64,000 nucleotides of DNA from an uncultured Bdellovibrionales bacterium (GCA_937903155.1 CALCZU010000131.1:46704-110703), one strand, 5' to 3'; shown: positions 18,892 to 28,182, numbered from the stretch's first letter. Numbers and translations are program-made. Notes: generated by a model not told the origin, from the sequence alone.

Positions 18892-19890
18892 ATGATTCGG
18901 CTCCGCGCGTTTTTTGTTTTTTTTATTTTGGGTCACGTCGGCGTTGCGTCGGTGTCGGCTGGAGTCTGTCGTGCGGAGTTGGAGAAGCTCTTATGCACCC
19001 AACTGACGGGCTGTGTGAGAAGTGCACTCGCATCTTCCAAACATCCTATTCGAATGCTCTCAAATGAAGAGGCGATCAACGAGTTTGAGGACATGGTGTG
19101 GGCAGTTCAAACTCAGAGAGATGATGTCTATACCCCTGAGGGAGGTTATCCTGAATTCCCCGTTGCCATTTCTCTCCAAAACACAAATGTGGGACGCATT
19201 CATTCCAACCGAGTCCCCATCGGACGCGGAGGTGTGTATCGACAGGACTCTGAATTACGAGAGGTGAGTGAACGTGTCGAAGGGCTGGGCCGCTTCTTTT
19301 TCCATGAATCTCGCAGTCGGGTGGCTTTTAAATTAAAAGGCAAAGAAGCCATTGAGCCGTTCATTTTAGAGGCTTTGGAGCAATCGAAAATTCCAAACCC
19401 CGCTTACCGCCTTCCCGCAACGACCGAAATGGTTTATCCCGAAGAACCGAATCCGGTCACGGGCCGTTCTTCAGCGTTTCGCAAGTGGGTAGAGATTACG
19501 GCTTTTTCTGGCCTCACGGTGTCGCCAACGCTAGCATTCCCCGTCTTTATGATTGCGGCGCTTGCCCGCGACGTCCCCGTGGCATTGCTTGCGGCTGGAA
19601 CAGCAATGGCGCACTACGTGGTTAGCTTTGCGATTCGATGGGTGTTAATCGACTCTAGTTGGCAGATGCGCTACGAGTTTGAAAACGTCCTTCCTGCTTT
19701 TCAACACCGTTTTATTTTGGAAGACATTCAGGAATTTTTACGAGATAAAGATCGCGAAAAAGCATCTTCTGAACCGGGAAAAAAATATCACTATTTCTAC
19801 GGGATTACTTCCGAAGAGGGCCAACACTTCGATTTCCTATTCTATGAAGAAAACGGAGTTCCTTCGCTAGTTGTCTTCAGCTCGATTTAG
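18892..19890 (+). CDS. hypothetical protein with signal peptide and internal TM helices
   Basis: 332 aa; N-terminal hydrophobic leader; two hydrophobic segments near residues 200-250. Confidence 0.45.
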   Translation: MIRLRAFFVFFILGHVGVASVSAGVCRAELEKLLCTQLTGCVRSALASSKHPIRMLSNEEAINEFEDMVWAVQTQRDDVYTPEGGYPEFPVAISLQNTNVGRIHSNRVPIGRGGVYRQDSELREVSERVEGLGRFFFHESRSRVAFKLKGKEAIEPFILEALEQSKIPNPAYRLPATTEMVYPEEPNPVTGRSSAFRKWVEITAFSGLTVSPTLAFPVFMIAALARDVPVALLAAGTAMAHYVVSFAIRWVLIDSSWQMRYEFENVLPAFQHRFILEDIQEFLRDKDREKASSEPGKKYHYFYGITSEEGQHFDFLFYEENGVPSLVVFSSI

Positions 19891-20830
19891 AGGGCTCCTC
19901 AAAGTAGCGTTGGAGCTTTAAGATCTCTTCTTGGGCGTTGGGAGCCCAAATCCAATAGTACAAATTGCGGGCGTAGTTTGCGCCGATTCTCAATTTGTCT
20001 TTTTCTTTTCCTCGGCCCAGCCAGACGCGCTTGTAACCTTCGCGCTCGGCGAGTTCGAAAAGATCGAGATAAGCAGTTGTATATAAATTATGTTTCGGTT
20101 CGACTTTTTCGTGGTCGATTCCTTGAGTGGCATAGAAAAGTTCTTTATTTGTTCGGTCGTCATAGCAGAAGAGCGCTTGCACCGCGATTCCTTGCCTATT
20201 TCGTCTTAAAAATATGCGGATGGAATCTGAGATCGAAGATTCCAAAAGCTGTTTTAAACTAGATTCCTGGTAGAGAGCGGTCTTCGCGCCATGTTTTTCG
20301 GAGTTTAATAAAAGCAAACGAACGACTTCGCTAAAGAGGTCGGTTTGTTGAAGAAGTTGGTTCGTATTGAGTGACTCCAAAATATACTCTTCTTGAACGC
20401 GTCTCCGGAGTCTCAGGAGTTCACGCGCGTCTTTTCCTCCCAATCTTGATTTCAGAGTACCTTCGAGGTCGCCCACAATTTCGTAAGCCGTTTCCACAAA
20501 GGCCGGGATACTTCCAAAGCCGATTTTCTCTGCTTCGGGGGTTACGGGTTCCGTTACTCCTGGGATGAGGACTGGGGTAGGGTTTTTAGGATCGCACCAA
20601 AGCGACATTTCTTCGGAGGTTGGAACCGGGGTCGAGAAATTGAAAAAATAACCTCCGCGAATCCATGTTTCTTTCTCACACAATTTGGGAACTCTTACCG
20701 GGGTATTCTTCAGCATGGCTTGCCAATAGAGATTGTCTTTTAGTCGGCATCTCGAATCGTGAAGTCCGTTAACGTTTTTAAAAACGCTCTCCGCGACCGA
20801 AAGAAAAGGCTTCTCGTGCATCCAGTTCAT
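19877..20830 (-). CDS. FemAB-like GNAT-fold transferase (COG3146 / DUF482-like)
   Basis: C-terminal half shows the pattern of COG3146-family proteins (…LFCYDDRTNKELFYATQGIDHEK…YLDLFELAEREGYKRVWLGRGKEKDKLRIGANYARNLYYWIWAP). Overlaps the upstream gene by 4 bp. Confidence 0.5.
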   Translation of the reverse strand: MNWMHEKPFLSVAESVFKNVNGLHDSRCRLKDNLYWQAMLKNTPVRVPKLCEKETWIRGGYFFNFSTPVPTSEEMSLWCDPKNPTPVLIPGVTEPVTPEAEKIGFGSIPAFVETAYEIVGDLEGTLKSRLGGKDARELLRLRRRVQEEYILESLNTNQLLQQTDLFSEVVRLLLLNSEKHGAKTALYQESSLKQLLESSISDSIRIFLRRNRQGIAVQALFCYDDRTNKELFYATQGIDHEKVEPKHNLYTTAYLDLFELAEREGYKRVWLGRGKEKDKLRIGANYARNLYYWIWAPNAQEEILKLQRYFEEPSKSS

Positions 20831-21681
20831 TTTGTATTTCCGGAATTTTTATTCTTGAGAAAGAGCACTCCGCCTAAGAGAAGAATCAGGATCACCACAT
20901 TGAAGATGTAAAGTGGCGTGGGTTTCCAATCAAAGAGCAGATACTCTACAGGCAAAATCACGAGCGCTGTGATGAGTGCCGGGTATTCGGAGATTCCCAA
21001 CGGAAGAATGCGGTATCGATAGATGCTTAAGAAATAGACGAAGAAGAGTGCCACCCCACTGAGAAAACTAAACGCCCATAATCCAGGCGTCAGCGAAAGA
21101 AGTGTTACGCTCTTGGTTCCCATTCCACCGACAATCATGCAGGCAATTGCGGGCATGGCGGCTACGATGAAAGGGCCTTCTTTTTGCGTAGATGTTTTTA
21201 ACATCACAAACTCCGCAATGACTAAACCCGTACAAAGAAGCAAAAGGAGGTAACCGAGCAGTGGCTCAGACGCATCTCGGGTAAAAAACATAAAGACAAG
21301 CAAAGAAGCGAGCGAAAGACTGGCCAATGCTTTCTGAGTCCCGCTATACTTATCACCCAATCGCGGGAGTAAAATCATAATGGGGAGATAAGCTTTCGAG
21401 AATATCGAAACCGAAGTCGCGTTTAAGAGCTGAAAGGATTTTAAAATGAGCGTGTACGTTAAACCTCCATTCACTACACGGATCACTTGAAACTTCCACT
21501 CATTTGGCAAAAATGATCCCTTCGCAATCGCGTTTGCAATCAGAGCGGTGATAAAGCAACCCAGGCCCGAGAGAAATAACACTGTTGAGACTTCCAATCC
21601 TTGGATCATCAAGAATCGATACAGCAGGTCTCGAGTTGCCAAAACAAACGTAAACCCAAAAAAACCTAAAAAAACAGCCAT
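20827..21681 (-). CDS. DMT-superfamily (EamA-like) transporter, ~10 TM helices
   Basis: 284 aa, highly hydrophobic, with two-repeat topology; gene ends overlap its neighbours (operon). Confidence 0.55.
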   Translation of the reverse strand: MAVFLGFFGFTFVLATRDLLYRFLMIQGLEVSTVLFLSGLGCFITALIANAIAKGSFLPNEWKFQVIRVVNGGLTYTLILKSFQLLNATSVSIFSKAYLPIMILLPRLGDKYSGTQKALASLSLASLLVFMFFTRDASEPLLGYLLLLLCTGLVIAEFVMLKTSTQKEGPFIVAAMPAIACMIVGGMGTKSVTLLSLTPGLWAFSFLSGVALFFVYFLSIYRYRILPLGISEYPALITALVILPVEYLLFDWKPTPLYIFNVVILILLLGGVLFLKNKNSGNTK

Positions 21682-21683
21682 GA

Positions 21684-22670
21684 CTATTTCCTCGCTTCAA
21701 TAATAGAAAGACCACGGGGTTGGCCCAAGTTTTTCCAAACGGCAGATTGAAAACCGACTTCTTTGCACCAAGTTTCCAATTCTTTGTGCGTGTAACTGTT
21801 TCCTCCTCGCGTGGTGACGAGCATCCTCACAGCGAAAGCGGCCGGGAAGGGAGGGGTTGTTCCCGTTTCATCGGGAATGAAATCGTGGATCCAAAGAACG
21901 CCTCCTGGTCTCAAAGCTTGGTACGCTTTTTTTAAAAGCATGAGATTTTCTTCGTAACTATGGGAGTGAACGATATGAGAAATCAGTGCACCGTCGAAGT
22001 TTTCTGGAAACAAGTCTTTGTAAAAATCTCCGCCGAAAAGGTGAATACGATTTGCGACATCAGGATAAAACTCCTCGATGATTTCTTTAGTAGTTTTGAG
22101 CGTACTCTCCATATCAAAAAGAGTGGCTTCGACATTGGCTTGCTCGGTACAAAGGAGCGCGGAGTAGGTGCCCGGACCCGCTCCGATATCCAAAAACTTG
22201 GCTTTTCGTTCGAGCTTTGGGAAATTTTTTGCGAGGATAGGCGCATTGTGCAAAGCAGTGCTATGCATCGCGCGAATAAAGGAGCGATTCTCTTCTGGGG
22301 ACGAAAAGAAATGCCCCGTCGGTAAATGACTTTTTCCAGTTTTAACGATTTCCGGAAGATCTCCGAGTTGTCCCCAAAGATTATCAATATGTTCCAACAT
22401 CGAGTTCACATTCTGCGCATGGGAACTATCGATGGCAGGGCTCAAGTCGCCGTATATTCCATCTTTCACGGAAAGAAGGTCCATGCTGGCTGCGACTTTT
22501 AGGATGATTTCCACCGAGCGCTTGTCTAATCCCAGGTCCGACGCAACTTCTGCGGCTGTTTTATGAGCGTTTCGAATCGGATCGAAAATTTTTAAACGCG
22601 TTCCCGTTAAAACTGCTTTCAGGGAAAAGACAGAATTCATTTTTTCAACAAGTGTATCAGGTGCCAACAT
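21684..22670 (-). CDS. class I SAM-dependent O-methyltransferase (dimerisation domain + MT domain)
   Basis: Motif I LDIGAGPGTYSALL; post-I acidic residue and motifs II/III. N-terminal winged-helix dimerisation region typical of small-molecule O-methyltransferases. Confidence 0.75.
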   Translation of the reverse strand: MLAPDTLVEKMNSVFSLKAVLTGTRLKIFDPIRNAHKTAAEVASDLGLDKRSVEIILKVAASMDLLSVKDGIYGDLSPAIDSSHAQNVNSMLEHIDNLWGQLGDLPEIVKTGKSHLPTGHFFSSPEENRSFIRAMHSTALHNAPILAKNFPKLERKAKFLDIGAGPGTYSALLCTEQANVEATLFDMESTLKTTKEIIEEFYPDVANRIHLFGGDFYKDLFPENFDGALISHIVHSHSYEENLMLLKKAYQALRPGGVLWIHDFIPDETGTTPPFPAAFAVRMLVTTRGGNSYTHKELETWCKEVGFQSAVWKNLGQPRGLSIIEARK

Positions 22671-23727
22671 TTTTCTTCCCCTTAGTTAAAATTTCGCGGA
22701 TTGCTTGAATCAAACTTTTTAATTCAGTGGTTTCGGTGAGCGTAATTCGAACGGCGTTGGATAGACTGGGGCCGATTTCTTTTACGATATAACCCCGGCG
22801 AAGCATCTCTCGATAAAATCCGCTGCTGTCAGAGGTTTCAAAAAGAACGGTGTTGCCTTCCGAAGGGTAGACTTTTACTCCGTGTTCTTGTAGCTCTTGC
22901 GAAACGGCGTTTCTTAAGCTTCGAATTTTCTCTCTTAACTTCAATACGGGTTCTATTTTTTTCAAGCGCCGGATCAGGTAGTCCTGGACGATTTGAGAGA
23001 CGGGAAAAGGTGGACAAAGGAGCGTGACCGCTCGGATGACGGAAGGATCCGCAATAATCACCCCGGCTCTCAGTCCGGCGAGCCCCCAAGATTTCGAAAA
23101 CGAACGCGTAATCACTAAATTCGGAAAAAAATGTAAGAGCCTCAGTGCAGATTCTTTATCTGAAAATTCAAAGTAAGCCTCGTCGACGACGATGATTCCC
23201 GAGAATCGAAGACAGAGCCTTTTCAGATCGTCGAGATGCAGAATCGTCCCGAGTGGATTATTGGGACGGTCGATAAAAATCATTTTCAGATGATTTGGAA
23301 TCTTTGAAACGTCTAGCCGGTTTAAATCACATCCTGCGAGCTCTAATGGAACTGCATTCACTCCATTTAACTTTGCAAGCCGTTCGTAAAACCAAAACCC
23401 TGGGTTTAAAAACCCAATCGAGTCTTTGGCTCTTGTAAAACTGCGCAAGAGAAGGTCGAGCGCGAAGTCCGAACCGGGCGTCAAGAATAAATAGGGAGTG
23501 AATACTTCCACGCCGCTTTGTGCTTTCAGGTAGGAGGAGTAAAGACCCAAGATCTTTTCGTTGGGAGATTTTGGGTAAAAAGAATACGGCGTTTGGATGC
23601 TGAGTTCAGTCAAATCCAAACGAATGGAGTGGGGCGCTATTCCTTTTGGCGGAACGTGAAGTGCTAAAGGCTGGAGCGATTTTAATTCTTTTCTAGCAAG
23701 TGGATGCATGCGAATTCCGTCAGTCAT
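22657..23727 (-). CDS. PLP-dependent class I/II aminotransferase (HisC/CobD-like)
   Basis: Fold-type I region with the PLP-lysine motif (FSKSWGLAGLRAGVIIADP). ~356 aa, typical of the histidinol-phosphate aminotransferase / threonine-phosphate decarboxylase subfamily. Confidence 0.8.
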   Translation of the reverse strand: MTDGIRMHPLARKELKSLQPLALHVPPKGIAPHSIRLDLTELSIQTPYSFYPKSPNEKILGLYSSYLKAQSGVEVFTPYLFLTPGSDFALDLLLRSFTRAKDSIGFLNPGFWFYERLAKLNGVNAVPLELAGCDLNRLDVSKIPNHLKMIFIDRPNNPLGTILHLDDLKRLCLRFSGIIVVDEAYFEFSDKESALRLLHFFPNLVITRSFSKSWGLAGLRAGVIIADPSVIRAVTLLCPPFPVSQIVQDYLIRRLKKIEPVLKLREKIRSLRNAVSQELQEHGVKVYPSEGNTVLFETSDSSGFYREMLRRGYIVKEIGPSLSNAVRITLTETTELKSLIQAIREILTKGKKNVGT

Positions 23728-24832
23728 TTAAAGTGAGCAAGGTTGCAACACGTGAAAACATTTGGCCGAGGACTATCCATGCCTGGTCATGAACTTCCGC
23801 TAATCTTTGGTATTCTTTAGGACTCAGACACTCTAACAACTCCGCGCCGATGTCTGCGTGAGAGAGAGCGCCTCCATCGAGTTCCAAATGCAAGTTGAAG
23901 TGACCTCGAGCCGTCGAGGGATCAAAAATCCCAGCCATCTTTTTATAAAACACATTCGCTGAGCGCTCGACGACCCAGTGGACGATGAGAAGTTTTTCAG
24001 CGTCGGAAGACGAGAGCATTTTCGACGGAAACCAATTACTAAGAGCGTCCAGTTCTGCGTCCCAAACAGAGGCTTGAGAATGACTCTTTCGCAATTGAAC
24101 ATTGTGGCCCACTTCTTCTTGCAAATGCGCTTCGGCGACCACTCGATAATCGGGGAGGTGAGTAAAAGCGGCGCGCGTGAGCACCATTTTTTGAAAAGCA
24201 TCCGACCAACATTGAAAGAGTCCTAGAAAACGTTTCCTGTTATTCTCATTTTTCAAATACCCAGAATCCGCTAAGTCAAAAAGCGAATTTTCGGAAAATC
24301 GTTCTTGAGCTTCTAAATTGAGTTTCTTTAAACTTTCAAGGGTGTCAGCTTTTGCCTTCTCAATGGATAAGCGAGGTTTCTTGCCTGAAGAGAATTCGAC
24401 TAACGCTTGTGACGGCTCTTCGTAAAGTCCCCGTTGTTCAAACTGAATCGACAGTCCCCAAAAACCGTCTTGTCCCGCACCAATAAAACCGTGTTCGCAA
24501 GTGGGAGGAACAAGAAGGGCATCGCCCGCAGTGAGCATGGTTTCTAGATCGCCTAAAGATTTGGCTTGTCCTTGGCAGATTAAAATCATCGAACTAATGG
24601 GATGACGGTGAGAATCTAACACCTCGCCGCTTTGCAAACGCACCCAGCTCATTGCGAGTCTGCTGTTGTCAGGGATGAAGCGCGCAAGCTCTTTGCTCTC
24701 GCGAAAGTCTTTTAAGATTCCGAGATTGTGCGCACCGTCTCCTTGAATCACTACATGAAGACTGGGAATATCACGTCTGCGAACGACTTGAACTTTTTCT
24801 AGATCCTTGATTTGTGGATAAGCACATTTCAT
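23720..24832 (-). CDS. didomain oxygenase: N-terminal cupin (His-ligand motifs) fused to C-terminal haem-oxygenase-like (HDO / PqqC-TenA-CADD superfamily) domain
   Basis: Cupin motifs GEVLDSHRHPISS…G and GDALLVPPTCEHGF. C-terminal helical domain has the ExxH-type ligand pattern (HLQEEVGHN, HWVVERSA…). Start set at Met24 (AGGGAG RBS 6 nt upstream); the longer 24901 start would overlap the predicted sigma-54 promoter. Confidence 0.5.
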   Translation of the reverse strand: MKCAYPQIKDLEKVQVVRRRDIPSLHVVIQGDGAHNLGILKDFRESKELARFIPDNSRLAMSWVRLQSGEVLDSHRHPISSMILICQGQAKSLGDLETMLTAGDALLVPPTCEHGFIGAGQDGFWGLSIQFEQRGLYEEPSQALVEFSSGKKPRLSIEKAKADTLESLKKLNLEAQERFSENSLFDLADSGYLKNENNRKRFLGLFQCWSDAFQKMVLTRAAFTHLPDYRVVAEAHLQEEVGHNVQLRKSHSQASVWDAELDALSNWFPSKMLSSSDAEKLLIVHWVVERSANVFYKKMAGIFDPSTARGHFNLHLELDGGALSHADIGAELLECLSPKEYQRLAEVHDQAWIVLGQMFSRVATLLTLND

Positions 24833-24881
24833 TTCCATCTCCCTAAACAGCGACCTTTTTCGCTTGATAGGAAACAGAGAG

Positions 24882-24898
24882 AGCAAAAGCCGGGCCAG
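24882..24898 (-). promoter_or_regulatory. sigma-54 promoter of the six-gene operon (minus-strand TGGCCCGGCTTTTGCT)
   Basis: One mismatch to TGGCACG-N4-TTGCW at exact spacing. Predicted TSS ~40 nt upstream of the relocated ATG 24832. Confidence 0.55.
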
Positions 24899-24947
24899 CA
24901 ATTTCGACTGGGGGTCCAGGCTAAACGCTCAGAGAATCGCACTGTTT

Positions 24948-24968
24948 TTAGTCGAAGTTTTGAGACGG
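24948..24968. promoter_or_regulatory. perfect 8-5-8 palindrome TTTTGAGAcggccTCTCAAAA (candidate enhancer/UAS for a bEBP)
   Basis: Centred ~85 bp upstream of the predicted TSS of the sigma-54 operon promoter, the classical position for an NtrC-family activator site. Confidence 0.3.
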
Positions 24969-25091
24969 CCTCTCAAAAACGAGATTTGGTGCAAATCCAT
25001 TATCTTTTGATCTCGCAACTTTCTTCTCCGAAACCGTTCTTCTTTGACCGCACGCGAAGGATCTGATGAGTTTGTGGAAACAGGAGGCACT

Positions 25092-25640
25092 ATGGTTCGA
25101 AGTTTATTGATGGCGGGTGTTCTATTTCTTTCTACAATGGGTGACGCAAAAGATTTCAGTCCGTATTTTGATAAGTCGGTGGCAAAGCCGGTTTTGGATC
25201 ATCGCAGGACTCTGAATGGACGCATCGGACTCATTGAGAGTGAACGCTGGTTGAACGGCAATGATGAATGGTCTTGTTTGCATGAAATGGCAGACGATAT
25301 GATGACGGTTTTCGTAAATCCTTTTTTGCGGGAACACAAAAAGATGCCCAATGTGAATTTTCATCGCGAACAAACTCTAGAATGGCGTCTCGCCGTAGCT
25401 GGAACCAAATATTGGTTCAAAGTGGTGAATGACGACAACGCAAATGATTTTTATGAAGTCTCGTTTCGCGCTTCAAGCGGTTGGAGTCGCGCCCATCAGA
25501 AATATCAATGCAATCTCTTTTTGGACACCCCACGTTGGTTTTACATGACCGATGCGAGCGGGGAGAGAATCTATGAACGTCTTCGTGGCCCAATCAATAT
25601 CTTCCCAGCACCCGGTATTGGTGGCGGAATTTTCAAATGA
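25092..25640 (+). CDS. secreted hypothetical protein
   Basis: Start moved to MVRSLLMAGVLFLSTMG (signal peptide) preceded by AGGAGG 5 nt upstream. Confidence 0.5.
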   Translation: MVRSLLMAGVLFLSTMGDAKDFSPYFDKSVAKPVLDHRRTLNGRIGLIESERWLNGNDEWSCLHEMADDMMTVFVNPFLREHKKMPNVNFHREQTLEWRLAVAGTKYWFKVVNDDNANDFYEVSFRASSGWSRAHQKYQCNLFLDTPRWFYMTDASGERIYERLRGPINIFPAPGIGGGIFK

Positions 25641-25649
25641 CCGCTTCTG

Positions 25650-26219
25650 TTAATTTGGTTTTTTGAATTTTACGATCACCTGCGAGTATTGACCTTGATT
25701 TCCGTTCATTTCTTCGACGTGCACTTGCGTGTAACCGGCTGCAGCGGCTTGTTGGCCTGTCCAGGTTTTAAGAGCGGCTTCTTTGAGGCTGAGCGCGTGA
25801 GCGCCTGAGGTCAGTCGGTTAATCTCATCGAGGTTGTCGGACAATTCGTCTCCTTGTTTATTCCAGTTGCCTTCGATCTGGTCAAATCGCCCTTCGAAGT
25901 GCTTCAGAATTTTTTTGAATTCTTCCTTTCCTCTCAGGACTGAAGAACGTCCGTCCTTATCCTTTAAGGTTATGCTGAGGGCGAGTGTTCGCTTTCCGGG
26001 GATGGGCGATGCTAGAACATTTTTCCCATCTCCCATGATTTCGGCCGTGGCAAAAAAACGATGGTTTTCACCTTCCGCTTCAGCAACGGCATATCGATCG
26101 GGATGGCTGTTATTGACGATCGTAGTGATGATAGGTGGACAGGTAGGCTTGCCGCGGCTTTTTCCAGCATAACTCAGAGGCGAAAAGCATAGGATGAATA
26201 AAATGAGGATTCGAACCAT
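25650..26219 (-). CDS. secreted hypothetical protein
   Basis: Signal peptide MVRILILFILCFSPLSYA; no recognised domain. Confidence 0.5.
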   Translation of the reverse strand: MVRILILFILCFSPLSYAGKSRGKPTCPPIITTIVNNSHPDRYAVAEAEGENHRFFATAEIMGDGKNVLASPIPGKRTLALSITLKDKDGRSSVLRGKEEFKKILKHFEGRFDQIEGNWNKQGDELSDNLDEINRLTSGAHALSLKEAALKTWTGQQAAAAGYTQVHVEEMNGNQGQYSQVIVKFKKPN

Positions 26220-26447
26220 CCTCTCATTCTATCAAATTGTGTGAATTTCACCATTTGTACCACCATTTCGTCGACAACCACCGTCCGAACATCTTTTTTC
26301 AGCGCACAACGACCGGAAGTAACGGAATCAAAATGGGGGGACGGATGCTTACGAAAATTATGTCATGAGTTCTCTTCTCGCTCTGAAATTACGGGCAATT
26401 GTAATAAAGATTGACGAATTCTCTCGAGGTAATGTTAGGTTCACCGG

Positions 26448-26828
26448 ATGGAAAATGTTATCCCGCTGAGAGGCAAAAATATTCTTGGAAGTGCGCTATC
26501 GCCTTGCTGCCACAAACCTAAAACGGGATATTACCGAGATGGTTTTTGTTTCGTAGGAAGTGACGATGCGGGCAATCACTCGGTTTGTGCTATTATGACC
26601 AAAGAATTTCTCGAGTTTTCTGTCGCTCAAGGAAATGATCTTGTGACGCCCTTTCCGGAAGCGGGTTTCCCCGGTTTAAAACCCGGCGACCGTTGGTGCC
26701 TCTGCGCCGCCCGGTGGAAGCAAGCTTATGAAGCAGGCGTCGCGCCTCCCATTGCGCCCGAATCGACGAGTTCTGCCGCATTAGACGTAGTGCCACTCAA
26801 TATCATTGAAAAATTCATTTTGAATTAG
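26448..26828 (+). CDS. DUF2237-family protein (conserved Cys-rich)
   Basis: 126 aa with the family's conserved CC…C…C…CLC pattern (SPCCHKPKTGYYRDGFC…RWCLCAARW). Confidence 0.6.
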   Translation: MENVIPLRGKNILGSALSPCCHKPKTGYYRDGFCFVGSDDAGNHSVCAIMTKEFLEFSVAQGNDLVTPFPEAGFPGLKPGDRWCLCAARWKQAYEAGVAPPIAPESTSSAALDVVPLNIIEKFILN

Positions 26829-26891
26829 TGAGAATCCTAAAATACCGCCGTTGATTTGACTTGTTCGGCGGTTTCCCGTGAAAATGAACGA

Positions 26892-27296
26892 ATGAAAAAA
26901 ATCGCGTCCTTACTCGGCCTGTGTTCTTCACTTTTCTTCTTGAATTGTGCCACGACAAAGCCATTTGCCAACTCCGAAAAATCGAATCGAGATTGGGAAG
27001 AGATATTCCAATGCATTCAAACCGCGCCTCCGGGAAAAAGTTGCGGAAGTGCATTCAAGTCTCATTCCTTCACTGCCAAAGTGAGCTCGATTCAAAAGGA
27101 CAAATTAGGGCAAACTCAAGTAGTGTCGCGTTTCGGAGCCGGAGACAAAGCATTTACGTGTGAGTCCACTCGCGGAGAAGGCGATTCGTTGAACGCCGGA
27201 GACATTATTGAATTCGAAGGGACGGTGAGCGGAGTCACTGTGAAGCCGATGCAGAGAGCCGTCGAGTTTAAGGATTGTACTATCCGCAAGTTATAG
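26892..27296 (+). CDS. putative lipoprotein / secreted hypothetical
   Basis: Start at MKKIASLLGLCSSLFFLNC (signal peptide, lipobox-like); C-terminal beta-rich region. Confidence 0.45.
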   Translation: MKKIASLLGLCSSLFFLNCATTKPFANSEKSNRDWEEIFQCIQTAPPGKSCGSAFKSHSFTAKVSSIQKDKLGQTQVVSRFGAGDKAFTCESTRGEGDSLNAGDIIEFEGTVSGVTVKPMQRAVEFKDCTIRKL

Positions 27297-27432
27297 CCTT
27301 TAGTCCCTAGCTAAGAATCTACAAAACAAAAGTTAAGAAGGATTTCTCTTTATTTGATGAATTTGTCTTAGTTATCCGAAAATAACTTAGACGAACCTAA
27401 TTCAAATTCTAATCAAAAAAAGAGAACTTCTG

Positions 27433-28182
27433 ATGAAATTTTTAAAGCAAATTTGTTTTTTTACGCTGACGTCCGCATTTCTATTCGGAGGCAGCGATGT
27501 CCGAGATATTTACCAGAATCAGTCCGAGACTCGTCGAAAAGCGCTCGACTCTGAGTTTGAAATGGCGCTCGATCTGGGAGGGTGTGCAGGAGTGCTCATT
27601 GCACCGACTACAGGTTTAAGTGCTGCTCACTGCAAAAAATCGGGAGCCGTTCGAAGTGGAATTGCATTGAGAGACGGAGCGGTTCCAGACGGAACAATTG
27701 TTCGCACTCTCGAAGTGGGTTCGTTTCAACAGTACGACTACTGGATCTTCGAAATCCAGTGGAAAAAGGGAGAGCTCCCTCACGGAATGCGGGTTGTTCC
27801 CTTTATCCAAACAAGAGAAGACGATCTCAAGATGGGTGCCAATGATTCGGCCGAAAAAATCTATACGCTCGGTTTTCCTCAAGATATCAGCAATGGTAAA
27901 CTGATTTATTCCTGGGGTTATGGAAAGAAAACTTCCAAGAAAAACCTGGTCAATAATATCAGTTTGATTAACGGCAACTCCGGCGGCGGAATTTTAAAAA
28001 GCACAGACAACATGCTAGTGAGTATCGTCAGTGGTGGCCCTCACATGTATGGTGAATGGGGCTGGAACAATAGCGATTGGAATGACAGCAGTCATTGGAA
28101 TTGGGGCCCCGCTATGTGGCAAGTCTACGAAAAAAGCCCCCTCCTAAAATCGATTTTTCCGAACGGAAAAAACAAATACTGA
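27433..28182 (+). CDS. secreted trypsin-like serine protease (S1 family)
   Basis: Signal peptide; catalytic His motif TGLSAAHC and catalytic Ser motif GNSGGG (GDSGGP variant). Confidence 0.7.
   Translation: MKFLKQICFFTLTSAFLFGGSDVRDIYQNQSETRRKALDSEFEMALDLGGCAGVLIAPTTGLSAAHCKKSGAVRSGIALRDGAVPDGTIVRTLEVGSFQQYDYWIFEIQWKKGELPHGMRVVPFIQTREDDLKMGANDSAEKIYTLGFPQDISNGKLIYSWGYGKKTSKKNLVNNISLINGNSGGGILKSTDNMLVSIVSGGPHMYGEWGWNNSDWNDSSHWNWGPAMWQVYEKSPLLKSIFPNGKNKY

Noticed and set aside
24813-24821. Single DnaA-box 9-mer TGTGGATAA near the start of the cupin-HDO gene
   Set aside because: A lone 9-mer is expected by chance (~0.5 per window) and lies within the coding region. Only the perfect inverted pair at 61807 is treated as meaningful.
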